Virus record (IMG/VR): IMGVR_UViG_3300049139_000262
Location: 1-50,229 of that record
Origin: a virus
Lineage: Duplodnaviria; Caudoviricetes
Length of the DNA stretch: 50,229 bases
Strand: one strand, 5' to 3'
Each line of letters starts with the position of its first letter. The first letter of the stretch is position 1. A program made the position numbers and the translations under genes. The notes beneath the pieces were generated by a model. The model was not told where the DNA came from. It saw only the letters and a program-made list of their open reading frames with translations, and did no database searches. This document shows, in pieces, positions 1 to 8,560 of this stretch.

Positions 1-1
1 C

Positions 2-133
2 TGGTTCATGAAATTCATCACTACGAAGAGCTTCATGCCGTTCGTGATCTACCGGATTCTGCTCGGAATCCTGCTGTACATCCTGGTGGGGACGGATGTG
101 CTGAGCCCGCACGCGGGTGAGTCGGGGGGCTGA
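2..133 (+). CDS. uppP: C-terminal part of undecaprenyl-diphosphate phosphatase (host gene, starts before the window)
   Basis: Frame 2 reads WFMKFITTKSFMPFVIYRILLGILLYILVGTDVLSPHAGESGG*, matching the actinobacterial UppP/BacA C-terminus (SFMPFVxYR motif). Confidence 0.88.
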   Translation, partial: WFMKFITTKSFMPFVIYRILLGILLYILVGTDVLSPHAGESGG

Positions 134-169
134 GCGAGCCGTTCGTGCTCTATCACCGCCTGGCGGATG

Positions 170-276
170 CTAGAGACTACTAGAGCGAACTAGAGGCAAT
201 TCGAAGCCTCTGGAGATGATCGTCTCCCATTCGTCTCCCACTCTCCCAGCGGGAGAAGCCGGGGCACGGGAGACGC
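170..276. repeat. att-arm-like short direct repeats
   Basis: CTAGAG at 170, 180, 190 (10-bp period); TCGTCTCCCA at 220 and 231, CTCTCCCA at 241, inverted GGGAGACG at 268. Confidence 0.55.
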
Positions 277-333
277 GTCAGGGCGGAGCGACCACCTGGA
301 GGGGTGATACGTCGCTCCGCCCTGACTTCTTTG
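277..333 (+). terminator. Perfect 16-bp inverted repeat followed by TTCTTTG, probable terminator
   Basis: GTCAGGGCGGAGCGAC (277-292) / GTCGCTCCGCCCTGAC (311-326). Confidence 0.6.
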
Positions 334-570
334 CTCAACGATTGCCATGTACACGCGTCACCGGCGAACAGGTCACTCGTTCGAGCGAGTTTGAGCATGA
401 ACCGATCAGGAAATGGCAAGACCGCCCGCCCGCCGCTATTGGGGTGCGCGGCAGGCGGGCGGCCGTCGGCGAACGCAAGCTGGTCGCCAGCCCGCGCCCG
501 GTCCAGCAATCAGCTCGATGCCCATTGAACCCGGATCTGGCATATGCCGATAGGCCCTGAGCCAACTGAT

Positions 571-586
571 TCGAACTTAGGTTCGG
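571..586. promoter_or_regulatory. Putative LexA (SOS) box
   Basis: TCGAAC-TTAG-GTTCGG, one mismatch to actinobacterial TCGAAC-N4-GTTCGA. Confidence 0.5.
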
Positions 587-673
587 TTTTGGGGAATCCT
601 ACATTCCGCGTGTACCCCAAAAGCCTATGACCATAGGCTGACTCATGATCGTTCGGCACTCAGCGTTTGTCGA

Positions 674-919
674 GTGCCAGGAGTGCCCCGCGAACCCGAC
701 CCCGCATGGATCACAGAGCAGCGAAGACGCCTCGGCGTCCGCGTGCGCCAGGCCCGGGAACACGCCGGCCTCACACAGGAGCGCCTCGACGAGCTCTCCG
801 GGGTCAAGCGGCTCACGATCCAGCGCATCGAGAACGGCGACACCGACGCCCGCTACTCGTGGCTCCTACGCATCGCCGACACCCTGAAGATCCCAGTGAT
901 CAGCCTGCTTCAGGACTAG
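674..919 (+). CDS. XRE-family HTH regulator
   Basis: VRQAREHAGLTQERLDELSGVKRLTIQRIENG HTH_3 pattern. Confidence 0.85.
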   Translation: MPGVPREPDPAWITEQRRRLGVRVRQAREHAGLTQERLDELSGVKRLTIQRIENGDTDARYSWLLRIADTLKIPVISLLQD

Positions 920-1098
920 CGACGACCGCCCGAGTGGGAGATTGACCGCGTCCGCGGACCGCAGGTCGGGTGGGTGTACAGAGTGGGCTTCGCACCGCTC
1001 ATCGACGCCTCACCGCCCACCTTGTCCGCTCGCCCCTCGATGGGGCGCTGACAGAAGCAGCAGTGCTCGCCGGCGGGTGCGTCGGTACGATCGGCCAT
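916..1098 (-). CDS. Small Cys/His hypothetical protein
   Basis: MADRTDAPAGEHCCFCQRPI...HPTC; start trimmed to ATG at 1098. Confidence 0.5.
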   Translation of the reverse strand: MADRTDAPAGEHCCFCQRPIEGRADKVGGEASMSGAKPTLYTHPTCGPRTRSISHSGGRR

Positions 1099-1255
1099 GA
1101 CGGTGCTCCCTTGAAGCGTCGTCCGCACCCCCGGGCCGTGCCATCGGCTGCGGGGGTTTGTCCTGCTCACAGAGTACCGCTACATGCCGCCCCATAGCGC
1201 CCCATGCCGCCACCTGCGGATGCCTGCCGCATGGTGTCGCCATACGTTCCGGAGC

Positions 1256-1489
1256 ATGAGCGAGCCCATCGGATACGTGTACATGCGGGTCGCCGACCAG
1301 GTCGAAGAGGAGATTCGGTCGGGTCAGCTGCCCGTGGGGGCTCGCCTGCCGAACGAGCGTGAGATGGGCACCCAGTACGGGGTCGCTCCAGGCACCATCC
1401 GGCGCGTCGTCCGAGAGCTCCGGGAACGTGGGCTGGTGACCACGCTGCCGAACAAGGGGACCTACGTAACCGGCACCGGGCCAAAGTGA
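1256..1489 (+). CDS. GntR-family winged-HTH regulator (DNA-binding domain only)
   Basis: YMRVADQVEEEIRSGQLPVGARLPNEREMGTQYGVAPGTIRRVVRELRERGLV...KGTYV. Confidence 0.88.
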   Translation: MSEPIGYVYMRVADQVEEEIRSGQLPVGARLPNEREMGTQYGVAPGTIRRVVRELRERGLVTTLPNKGTYVTGTGPK

Positions 1490-1518
1490 CTGTCAAACCG
1501 TCGGCCTACGATTACTGC

Positions 1519-1686
1519 ATGCCCTCAACACCTCCCGCCGTTCGGCCGGCCGCCGTGGTGAACGCCGAGATTCGCGCCCTCTGGGCGCGCGGCGGGAGCC
1601 TGTCCGAGGCCGAGCAGGAGCGGTATCACCGACTCCTGCTGGAGTGGGCCGCGGCAATCCGCAGCGAGGTCGTCGAGGCGGCCTAG
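1519..1686 (+). CDS. Small hypothetical protein
   Basis: VRPAAVVNAEIRALW...RYHRLLLEWAAA, GC3-rich codons. Confidence 0.6.
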   Translation: MPSTPPAVRPAAVVNAEIRALWARGGSLSEAEQERYHRLLLEWAAAIRSEVVEAA

Positions 1687-1972
1687 CCGCTGGCGATCTC
1701 CGAGCGGACGCGAGCAGGTAGATGCGCAGCAGCAAGCCCCGCCGTCCGGTGCATCACGCCAGACGACGGGGCCAGGAGCAATCCCGCGCTTGCTCGGTGG
1801 GATCGATGCGCCCACGGTAGCGCGGGCCACTGACAGGCCAGGGCTAAGGCCACGTGACGAGCTGCCGCCCGTCGGCCTGGTCGGTGACGCGCCCCATCGG
1901 TGCCCCCCAGCTGTGCATAGCGGGCCGTCCGTCGATGGCGAGGTTATCGCTGCGGGTCGGGCTCGGACGCCA

Positions 1973-2584
1973 TCAGGCGGCCTGGTCGTAGAGCTCGACA
2001 CGGAGCTCGTTGAAGAACTGCTCACCCTCGCCGACGTTGCTGATTCCGGCGTCGATCATGTCGCCGAGGAGGGCGCAGAACTGGTAGGGGGTCATGGCGT
2101 TGATGTGGGCGACGAGGGCTGCGTCGGCGCGGTAGCCGTCGATGTGCTTCTCCCAGGAGCAGAGGGCGGCGAAGGCGGTCCGGAAGATAGCCTCGCGCTC
2201 GGCGTTGTGCAGGCCGGGGTAGTTGTTGGCTTCGGCGATCAGGGCGAGGACGTCGCGGTGTCCGTCCTGCTGCCACTTCCTGTCATCGAAGCGGCGGGTG
2301 CGGGCGCCAATGTGGAGGTAGGCACGCATCTCGCGGGCGAAGATCTGACCCTTCGTGGAGCGCGCGGCCTGCTTGGCGGCGCGCTCGGCCTTGCGCTCGG
2401 TGCCGGCGAGAGCGTTGACCGCGTCCTGGGCGGTGGCGCCGGTCGCGGTGCGCTCGCCGCGGGCGGCGGTCCAGGTCAGGTTCGGGCGGAGGCGGAAGTT
2501 CAGGTCGCCGGCAGTCCAGGCGAACATGCCTACAGAGGTGAGGGTCATCTCAGTGCCGTTGTAGGTGACCGTGTCGGTGTTCAT
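1973..2584 (-). CDS. Hypothetical protein, cargo of RHH cassette 1
   Basis: Strong GC3 bias; MNTDTVTYNG start preceded by AGGGGAG. Confidence 0.75.
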   Translation of the reverse strand: MNTDTVTYNGTEMTLTSVGMFAWTAGDLNFRLRPNLTWTAARGERTATGATAQDAVNALAGTERKAERAAKQAARSTKGQIFAREMRAYLHIGARTRRFDDRKWQQDGHRDVLALIAEANNYPGLHNAEREAIFRTAFAALCSWEKHIDGYRADAALVAHINAMTPYQFCALLGDMIDAGISNVGEGEQFFNELRVELYDQAA

Positions 2585-2623
2585 TCCCGTCTCCCCTGCT
2601 CGCCGCTTGTTTCCGCTGCTCCC

Positions 2624-2684
2624 GGGTGGTTGACCACCCCGACAGCTCCAATATGACACAGCCTTGACGGGTGGTCAACCACCC
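2624..2684. promoter_or_regulatory. Pair of palindromic operators
   Basis: GGGTGGTTGACCACCC (2624-2639) and its exact reverse complement GGGTGGTCAACCACCC (2669-2684) between divergent genes. Confidence 0.7.
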
Positions 2685-2699
2685 TGGGAAGATCCCCCC

Positions 2700-2891
2700 A
2701 TGGCGAACCAACACAAGGAGAAGCTGCGCGGAGTCCGCGGCGTAGACGACCAACTCTGGGCCGACTTCCAGGCAGCGACAGGGAGAACTGGCAGCGACCG
2801 CTCAGCCGAGCTGCGCCGCTTCATGGAGTGGTACGTCCGGCGCGCCGGAGCTGAGCACCCGAGTAGGCCGGACCAGTCAGAAGCGTCCTAG
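2700..2891 (+). CDS. Ribbon-helix-helix-type DNA-binding protein
   Basis: LRGVRGVDDQLWADFQAAT...DRSAELRRFMEWYV beta-alpha-alpha pattern. Confidence 0.65.
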   Translation: MANQHKEKLRGVRGVDDQLWADFQAATGRTGSDRSAELRRFMEWYVRRAGAEHPSRPDQSEAS

Positions 2892-2941
2892 CTAGATGAG
2901 GCCAGGCTGCTGTGAGCGGCGACCAGGCGCACCATGAACAA

Positions 2942-3165
2942 ATGATGGGCGCGCCGATCGTCGTCCACCGGCTGTCCGCTACTGGCGGCCGGCGCGTGAC
3001 GGTGCGCAGGAAGGGCGCGACGAGATCCTCGGCCTCGCCCACAGTGATCACGACCTGGTGGTGTTCCTCGAGCACGCAGGGATCCTGGATCCGGAGCCAC
3101 TCCTCGACGACCCGGTGTGGGTGGAATGGCGCGGCGGCCGCGCCCACCAGTGGGACGCGGCCTGA
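2942..3165 (+). pseudogene. Frameshifted small Streptomyces-type hypothetical gene
   Basis: MMGAPIVVHRLSATGGRRVTVRRKG continues in another frame as RDEILGLAHSDHDLVVFLE...WVEWRGGRAHQWDAA*; span 224 nt, one base short. Confidence 0.7.
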
Positions 3166-3173
3166 GGCTGCAC

Positions 3174-3419
3174 CTACTCCGGGCCCTGGCCCGGCTGCTC
3201 CGTGAGTTGGCGTGCCGTGTTCTCCAGCCACAGCAGAGCCCAGTCGATGCCGGCGTTGAAGTCTGTGGACCCGTCCGGGGCCTCGACACGCAGCCGCTGT
3301 GCGAGCACAAGGAGATCGTTCTGCAAGCCTTTCGCGCGTGCGGCCCTGACGGCGTCCATCATCTCGTCAGTGACGGGCGGCATCTGGCCGCTGGCGGGAG
3401 GGTTCTTGCGGGGCCACAT
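3174..3419 (-). CDS. Hypothetical protein
   Basis: AAGGAAG RBS before MWPRKNPP. Confidence 0.55.
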   Translation of the reverse strand: MWPRKNPPASGQMPPVTDEMMDAVRAARAKGLQNDLLVLAQRLRVEAPDGSTDFNAGIDWALLWLENTARQLTEQPGQGPE

Positions 3420-3755
3420 GGTGCGCTTCCTTGCCTCGATATCTGTGCATGCGCCTGCCCTCCCGTGGGGAGCCGGGAGGGGCGCGGCCTCGCCCGGACG
3501 TAGCACTCGCGGGCGAGGTCCGCACAGCATGCACCCGATCAAGCCATCGCGGAAGAGGCCGGCCAGAAACACACGAACGCCCGCCCCAGTGAAGGGGCGG
3601 GCGAAGGTGGGCCTCCCCAGTAGCCGGGGGAAGCGGCAGGCGCCCGTCTCAGGGGAACGGCGTTGGCTACTGCCTCGCCTACCTAGGTCCCCGTCGGGAC
3701 CCTGCCCCCAGTCTCACACGAGGGGCTGACAGCAGGCTTCCGAACGCACGTTGCT

Positions 3756-4319
3756 TCACAGCCGTCCGGCGAACGTCTCCTCGAGCACCGCTGCGATACC
3801 GCGGTCATATCCGTCCCGAAGCGGTACCAGCTGCTTCCCGACCAAGTCCGTCTTCGAGATGCCGAAGTACGCCTCTACGTGCTGCATTGGTGCACCGTCT
3901 TCCAGCACCGTGGCGATCGCCGCCCGACGGAGGTCGTGCGCGTCTACACCCAACTGCGCTTGCTGCATACGGTCCTGGAATACGCGGTGCACCATGTGCG
4001 GGATGCCCTGGGTCTTCAACCCCAGGAGCAGTGGCTCCTCGGGAGCCGTCTCCTCGTCGCCCAGGTAGTCCTCGATGCGGTCTGCCGCCGACTGGGCGAC
4101 CCGGATCGTGCGAGGCCGGCGCACCCCGCCCACCGTCAACTGCGGATCATCGCCCGGTGACCAGTCCCGCACCAGCAGGCTTGTCACCTCCGACGGCCGC
4201 AGCCCGGCCAGCAGCATCAGTGATACGCCGGCATACAGCAGCGGGTCATCCCTTGTTTCCTCGACCGCGGCACGGGCGACAGACGGCTTGACCAGCGGGC
4301 GTTCCAGAATCCTCACCAT
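3756..4319 (-). CDS. Degenerate tyrosine-recombinase catalytic-domain protein
   Basis: GLRPSEV and HDLRR boxes; no N-terminal core-binding domain, FGI in place of LGH, no Tyr at the canonical spacing. Confidence 0.7.
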   Translation of the reverse strand: MVRILERPLVKPSVARAAVEETRDDPLLYAGVSLMLLAGLRPSEVTSLLVRDWSPGDDPQLTVGGVRRPRTIRVAQSAADRIEDYLGDEETAPEEPLLLGLKTQGIPHMVHRVFQDRMQQAQLGVDAHDLRRAAIATVLEDGAPMQHVEAYFGISKTDLVGKQLVPLRDGYDRGIAAVLEETFAGRL

Positions 4320-4411
4320 GCAGCGACCGTAGCGGCCACCGACGACGAACGAGCCCGGAACCGCCCACCTGAGCCCGAAGGAGAGGCCAGGAGCGACGAC
4401 ACCGCGGAGGT

Positions 4412-4777
4412 TCAGGCGTCCGCCGTGAACGCGTCGACGAAGCCGAGCAGCGCCTCCCGCTGTTCCGGACTCAGCTCCTGCAAACGCTCGGCCAAGGTCG
4501 CTACTTCTATTGATGGTGTCTGTTGCGGCTCCATTCCGAGGAACTGAAGAGCAGCCGCTTCCTGCAGACGCGACAGGGGGAGTCGAAGCCCAGCAGCCAG
4601 CGCTCGCAGTTGCGGAAGCTGCGGCGGGATCACCGAGTGTCCCCGCTCAAGACGGTGCACCCAGCCATGGCTCACGTTCGCTTCGCCCTGCGGATCAACG
4701 GATGCTGCGCTGAGGCCAGCAAGCGACAGGTTCAGCTGGTGGCGGCGGGTACGGACGAGGTCAGCGAACTGCGTCAC
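4412..4777 (-). CDS. XRE-family HTH protein
   Basis: LVRTRRHQLNLSLAGLS...VSHGWVHRLERG; start overlaps recombinase stop. Confidence 0.75.
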   Translation of the reverse strand: MTQFADLVRTRRHQLNLSLAGLSAASVDPQGEANVSHGWVHRLERGHSVIPPQLPQLRALAAGLRLPLSRLQEAAALQFLGMEPQQTPSIEVATLAERLQELSPEQREALLGFVDAFTADA

Positions 4778-5856
4778 AGGCCGATCCCTCTCATCGGGTT
4801 TTCCTCGCGGGCATCGACGACGCGAATGTACTCCAGGACTTGCGGAGAGCCTTCGGCCCAGCGGCCCTGGTTGCGGATGGCGGAGAGCGGCGCCTTGTTC
4901 TTGTATGCCTCCCCGGCTCCGCCGGCCCGGAAGCCGTGAGCGGTGTAGGTGAGTTCGTCGTCAGGGAGGACGCGGGCTGCGCGTCGTTGGACCATTTCGT
5001 TGATGGCGTCTCCGGACATCGAGTCGCGGGTGATCTGGTCCCACTGATTGATCGCTCGTAGGAGTCGGCCGGTGGTGACGCCGCGGTCGGAGAGGGCGGC
5101 CTTGTAGGCGCGGACGGCACGGACGGGGTCGGTCTCGTTGTGGACGCCGCGGGGCACGATGACTTCGGCGCCTTCGCCTTCCTGGTCGGTCTTGGATGAG
5201 CGGATGAGGATGGTGAGGTCGCCTTCCTCGTCCTCGCGGACGTCTTCCAGGTAGAGCGCGGCGAGCTCGGAGCGGCGGGCCATCATGGTGAAGCCCAGGA
5301 TGAAGATGACGCGGTCGCGTAGGCCGGCGAGTGTGGCCGGGTCGCAGTCGGCGATGAGTAGGCGGAGCTTGACCAGGTTGATTGCTGGGGCCTTGCGTTT
5401 CCGCGTACCGGACTCGGAGCGTTCCTTCTTGTAGCCCTTGAGGATGCGAAGGGCCGGGCTGGTCTCGGGCTGGTCGCGGTGGCCGGCTGCTTTGTGGGCG
5501 GCTCGGATGACAGCGATGGCCTGTTCGATGCTGGAGGGTGCAGGCGTGCGGCCTGTACGTGCTGACGGCGTGGTCGTGAGGTGGCGGACGTACTGGGCGA
5601 GCGTCTTGGCGGTCGCGGGCAGCGCCACCCTGCCCTCCTCCGTACACCAGTTGGCGAAGGTCTCCCACTGGCGTCCGTAGGCGCGGCGGGTGTTGTCGGG
5701 GATGGAGTCTTCGATGGCTTGCCGGGTGTCATCGGAGAGTTCGTGATCCCGTTCGGTGTGGACGGCGCTCGACGAGAGATGCCCGACTGTCGCCGGGAGG
5801 CGGTCCACGTCCACGAGCTCGGCTTCGATCGGCTCCTCTGAGGTCTCGGTCACCAC
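4774..5856 (-). CDS. Cre-like tyrosine recombinase/resolvase
   Basis: NTRRAY N-domain; RRSEL, SKTDQ, AHGFRAG, QGRW, YIR catalytic residues. Confidence 0.9.
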   Translation of the reverse strand: MVTETSEEPIEAELVDVDRLPATVGHLSSSAVHTERDHELSDDTRQAIEDSIPDNTRRAYGRQWETFANWCTEEGRVALPATAKTLAQYVRHLTTTPSARTGRTPAPSSIEQAIAVIRAAHKAAGHRDQPETSPALRILKGYKKERSESGTRKRKAPAINLVKLRLLIADCDPATLAGLRDRVIFILGFTMMARRSELAALYLEDVREDEEGDLTILIRSSKTDQEGEGAEVIVPRGVHNETDPVRAVRAYKAALSDRGVTTGRLLRAINQWDQITRDSMSGDAINEMVQRRAARVLPDDELTYTAHGFRAGGAGEAYKNKAPLSAIRNQGRWAEGSPQVLEYIRVVDAREENPMRGIGL

Positions 5857-5865
5857 CCAACCTTA

Positions 5866-5891
5866 CCGCTGATAAGGAAGGTTATCCGGGG
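5866..5891. other. dif/lox-like recombination core site
   Basis: GATAA-GGAAGG-TTATC (5871-5886) just upstream of the recombinase start. Confidence 0.55.
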
Positions 5892-6061
5892 TTAGGCTTG
5901 GATGGCGCCTCCTCCTCTGCAATGCGCTGCACGACGGGCACGAAGATCCGCCGCAGCATCTCGATGACTTCAGGTGGTGGCGGTGGCGCGGCAGCCACCT
6001 CGGCGTGGATGTGGGCGATGATGTCGTCGCCGAGGATTCGCCGGCGCTCTTCTGCGTCCAT
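5882..6061 (-). CDS. Small hypothetical protein
   Basis: MDAEERRRILGDDIIAHIHAEVAAAPPPPPEVIEMLRRIF. Confidence 0.6.
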   Translation of the reverse strand: MDAEERRRILGDDIIAHIHAEVAAAPPPPPEVIEMLRRIFVPVVQRIAEEEAPSKPNPG

Positions 6062-6205
6062 GCCCTGCAACCGAGGTACAAGCCAGAAGGACACGCCAGG
6101 TACGCATCGTGTATCCCAAGCGATGCCTCCAATCGGGCTGCACGCAGAGTCCGTCGAGCCCAGCACGAGGCGGCAGGTGTCAGTGCCGGCAGGCAGTATG
6201 AAGTG

Positions 6206-6472
6206 ATGACGAACTACGAAGGACCCGCTGTTGTGGTCATCGACGGTGAAGAAACCGCTGTCGCTGTCGTCCTAGCACCCGGCGAAGGACGAGGAGGGCT
6301 CCGCTCCTGGCACGGGGTCGCCGTCTGTGACCAGTACGGCCTCGGGTGGACGGCCATCGAATCCAGCCGTACCGTCCTGCGCCTGCCCGACGGGCGTGAA
6401 GCTGACATCCTGCCGCAGCGCCAAGTCGAGAATGGCTTCACCTTCATCGGGTCGGGAGCCCCGCCCCAATGA
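6206..6472 (+). CDS. Small beta-rich protein (DUF4873-like)
   Basis: YEGPAVVVIDG...SWHG...LRLPDGRE...GSGAPP pattern. Confidence 0.55.
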   Translation: MTNYEGPAVVVIDGEETAVAVVLAPGEGRGGLRSWHGVAVCDQYGLGWTAIESSRTVLRLPDGREADILPQRQVENGFTFIGSGAPPQ

Positions 6473-6551
6473 ACATCGCAAAGCGCAAGGGCTCTACGGC
6501 CGACAGCGCTTCAGGCGCCGCTGTCAGAGGCTGCCGCTAGGGTCCCGGCGC

Positions 6552-7172
6552 ATGGACATTGATTGGTCGGACGTCGCCAGCTTCTCCGCGGCAGCACTCA
6601 GCGCCGTTGCCGCCGTGGGTTCCTGGATGGCGGCTCGGCGCTCGAACCGCACCGCTCAGACCGTGGCCTCCATCGAACGAGACCGGTGGCACGCGGAGCT
6701 CACCCCCATATTTGAGGCGACCATCCAGTCTGAAGAGGGCGACCGGGCAACCCTCGACCTCCAACTGCTCGGCCCCCTCCAACTCCGCCACCTCGACAGC
6801 GTCGAAGTCGCCATTACGAGCAGCGATGACGCAGACCGGACCAGCCGCACTACTGGCGGGCCGACTGAGGAACAGATCAACGCCCACGTATGGGGCCCCT
6901 ACCGGTTCACACATGGGGCTGATGGAGCCGACGAGCACGGGCACGCCGTGGCACCGTTTCCGCTGCGGGTCGGCCGCGGGCGCCCATTCAGCATTGAACG
7001 GACGCGACCGCCGGCTTGGCAGGAAGGACACGACCGCGCGGAGCGCTGGTGGGATCAGTGGCGCGGGAAGCCCCTCAAGCTAGTGATCACCTGTCACCGG
7101 CATGACACCGACCCATGGGTCGTCCCCGTCGACATTGAGCGACCGATGGGAGGCCATGCCCTCATCGGATGA
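6552..7172 (+). CDS. N-terminally membrane-anchored hypothetical protein
   Basis: Hydrophobic helix VASFSAAALSAVAAVGSWMAA followed by soluble domain. Confidence 0.7.
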   Translation: MDIDWSDVASFSAAALSAVAAVGSWMAARRSNRTAQTVASIERDRWHAELTPIFEATIQSEEGDRATLDLQLLGPLQLRHLDSVEVAITSSDDADRTSRTTGGPTEEQINAHVWGPYRFTHGADGADEHGHAVAPFPLRVGRGRPFSIERTRPPAWQEGHDRAERWWDQWRGKPLKLVITCHRHDTDPWVVPVDIERPMGGHALIG

Positions 7173-7186
7173 CGCCTGGTACGGAA

Positions 7187-7218
7187 GGGCCCAACGTCAG
7201 CGGACGACGTCGGGCCCC
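7187..7218. terminator. Hairpin between convergent genes
   Basis: GGGCCCAACGTC...GACGTCGGGCCC. Confidence 0.45.
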
Positions 7219-7231
7219 TCTGCTCCTTGCC

Positions 7232-7591
7232 TCACGCCTTGTCCTGCCCTGAGAGGTTGAGCGAGATCCGCTGAAGCATCTCAGCCGAGGTCATGGGGTG
7301 ATTGTGATCGTGGATCTCGGCGAGCTCCCTGAAGAGGAAGTGGAACGAGGCGAGCAGCTTGACAGTGTGGAGCTGTATCGCCCGTGAAACTTGCTCACTT
7401 ACCTCCTCGGGTGTCCCAGACGCGCTGAACCTGGGCGACAGGGCGGCGCCGAGCTCGCCAACCTGGTCCACGAAGCTCTTATTGTCGGGTTGATCGTCAG
7501 GGAACGCTACCGAGGTGGCGGTGAGGAACGCGATGAGCGTCTGGGTCATGTTGTCTTGATCGGCCTGTTCGGCCTCTTCGTCGTTGCTCAT
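7232..7591 (-). CDS. Hypothetical acidic helical protein
   Basis: 119-aa ORF with protein-like composition. Confidence 0.6.
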   Translation of the reverse strand: MSNDEEAEQADQDNMTQTLIAFLTATSVAFPDDQPDNKSFVDQVGELGAALSPRFSASGTPEEVSEQVSRAIQLHTVKLLASFHFLFRELAEIHDHNHPMTSAEMLQRISLNLSGQDKA

Positions 7592-7816
7592 GCGGCGAGG
7601 CTACGTCGCGGCACTGACACTTCGTGGCCCTCAGGCGGTCCCCTCTCGCCATCCTGTCGCCTGAGACGCGATCTGTCAGTGCGTTTGGTGACTCCTTCTA
7701 CTGAGAGCGCAGCCTCGGCGAGGAGGCGTCGACGTGTCACGGATCGGTGACGCTGCGCACAGGTTCCCCATATGCGGTCTAGCGTGTTCCGCTCCAGGTC
7801 AACCTTGGGGGGACAT

Positions 7817-8542
7817 ATGCGCGTTCGCGCTACCGCAGCTACGACTGCCCTGCTTCTGGCCGCGCTCACCGCCTGCGGCGGCAGTGAGGACTCGAGCCAC
7901 AAGTCGTCAGCGAAGGGGAAGCCGTCGACTGCGCCGGCAGTGGACTGCTCGGATCAAAGCCTTAGCCAGGCGGAGTGGATGGAGCACTGCTCCGACGAAG
8001 GCGCCGGCACTGGCGGCGACGGCAAAGACCCCGCCGCCCAGGAGACGGAACCGATGCCGCTAGGGAAGACAGTGGAGACGATCGGCGCGCAAAGCCCCGC
8101 CGATGGTGGCCCTGGAGGAGGTGGCCTCGAGGTCACGCCAACGACGATCGTGTACCAGAAGGAGGCCATGGGGAACACGGCCCTCAACGGCACCTTCGCG
8201 ATCATCACCGTGAAGGACAAGGCGCCGAACGCAGTCGACGCCGCCGAGTCCGCGCCGATCGAGGGCGGCGGCTGGCAGTGGATCGCCCCAGACGGCCAGG
8301 CGCTGGACGAGGGCGACAACGAGGCCAGCAACATCACGCCGAACGGGTTCACCGGCGGCGGCACCATCAAGGCCGGCACCTGGGCATGGCGCACGGTCGC
8401 GTTCGACATCACTGAAGCCCAGCGCGGTGGCGTACTCCTGTACACCGACGGCAGCGGCCAGACGTTCCGCTGGCAGATGCCCGCTACCGAGAAGGGTCCC
8501 GAGCTTGCCGCATTGAAGAAGGGCATGGAGGGCGAGTACTAG
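7817..8542 (+). CDS. Lipoprotein (Ig-like/DUF4352-like domain)
   Basis: Signal [20 protein letters not shown] with lipobox, low-complexity linker, beta-rich C-terminus. Confidence 0.8.
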   Translation: MRVRATAATTALLLAALTACGGSEDSSHKSSAKGKPSTAPAVDCSDQSLSQAEWMEHCSDEGAGTGGDGKDPAAQETEPMPLGKTVETIGAQSPADGGPGGGGLEVTPTTIVYQKEAMGNTALNGTFAIITVKDKAPNAVDAAESAPIEGGGWQWIAPDGQALDEGDNEASNITPNGFTGGGTIKAGTWAWRTVAFDITEAQRGGVLLYTDGSGQTFRWQMPATEKGPELAALKKGMEGEY

Positions 8543-8560
8543 GCGCAGCGGTCCCAGCCC

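Noticed and set aside
180-565. Short ORFs at the left end
   Set aside because: No codon bias, RBS or motifs; they overlap the att-like repeats and hairpins
1790-2656. 288-aa plus-strand ORF
   Set aside because: Shadow of the minus-strand gene 1973-2584, which has the RBS and codon bias
3740-3755. Second LexA-like box CCGAAC-GCAC-GTTGCT
   Set aside because: Right half-site too degenerate and it lies at a gene 3' end
4774-5856. Calling this the prophage integrase
   Set aside because: Cre-like motifs, no arm-binding domain, its own adjacent core site and about 5 kb from the att-like end; resolvase more likely, though not excluded
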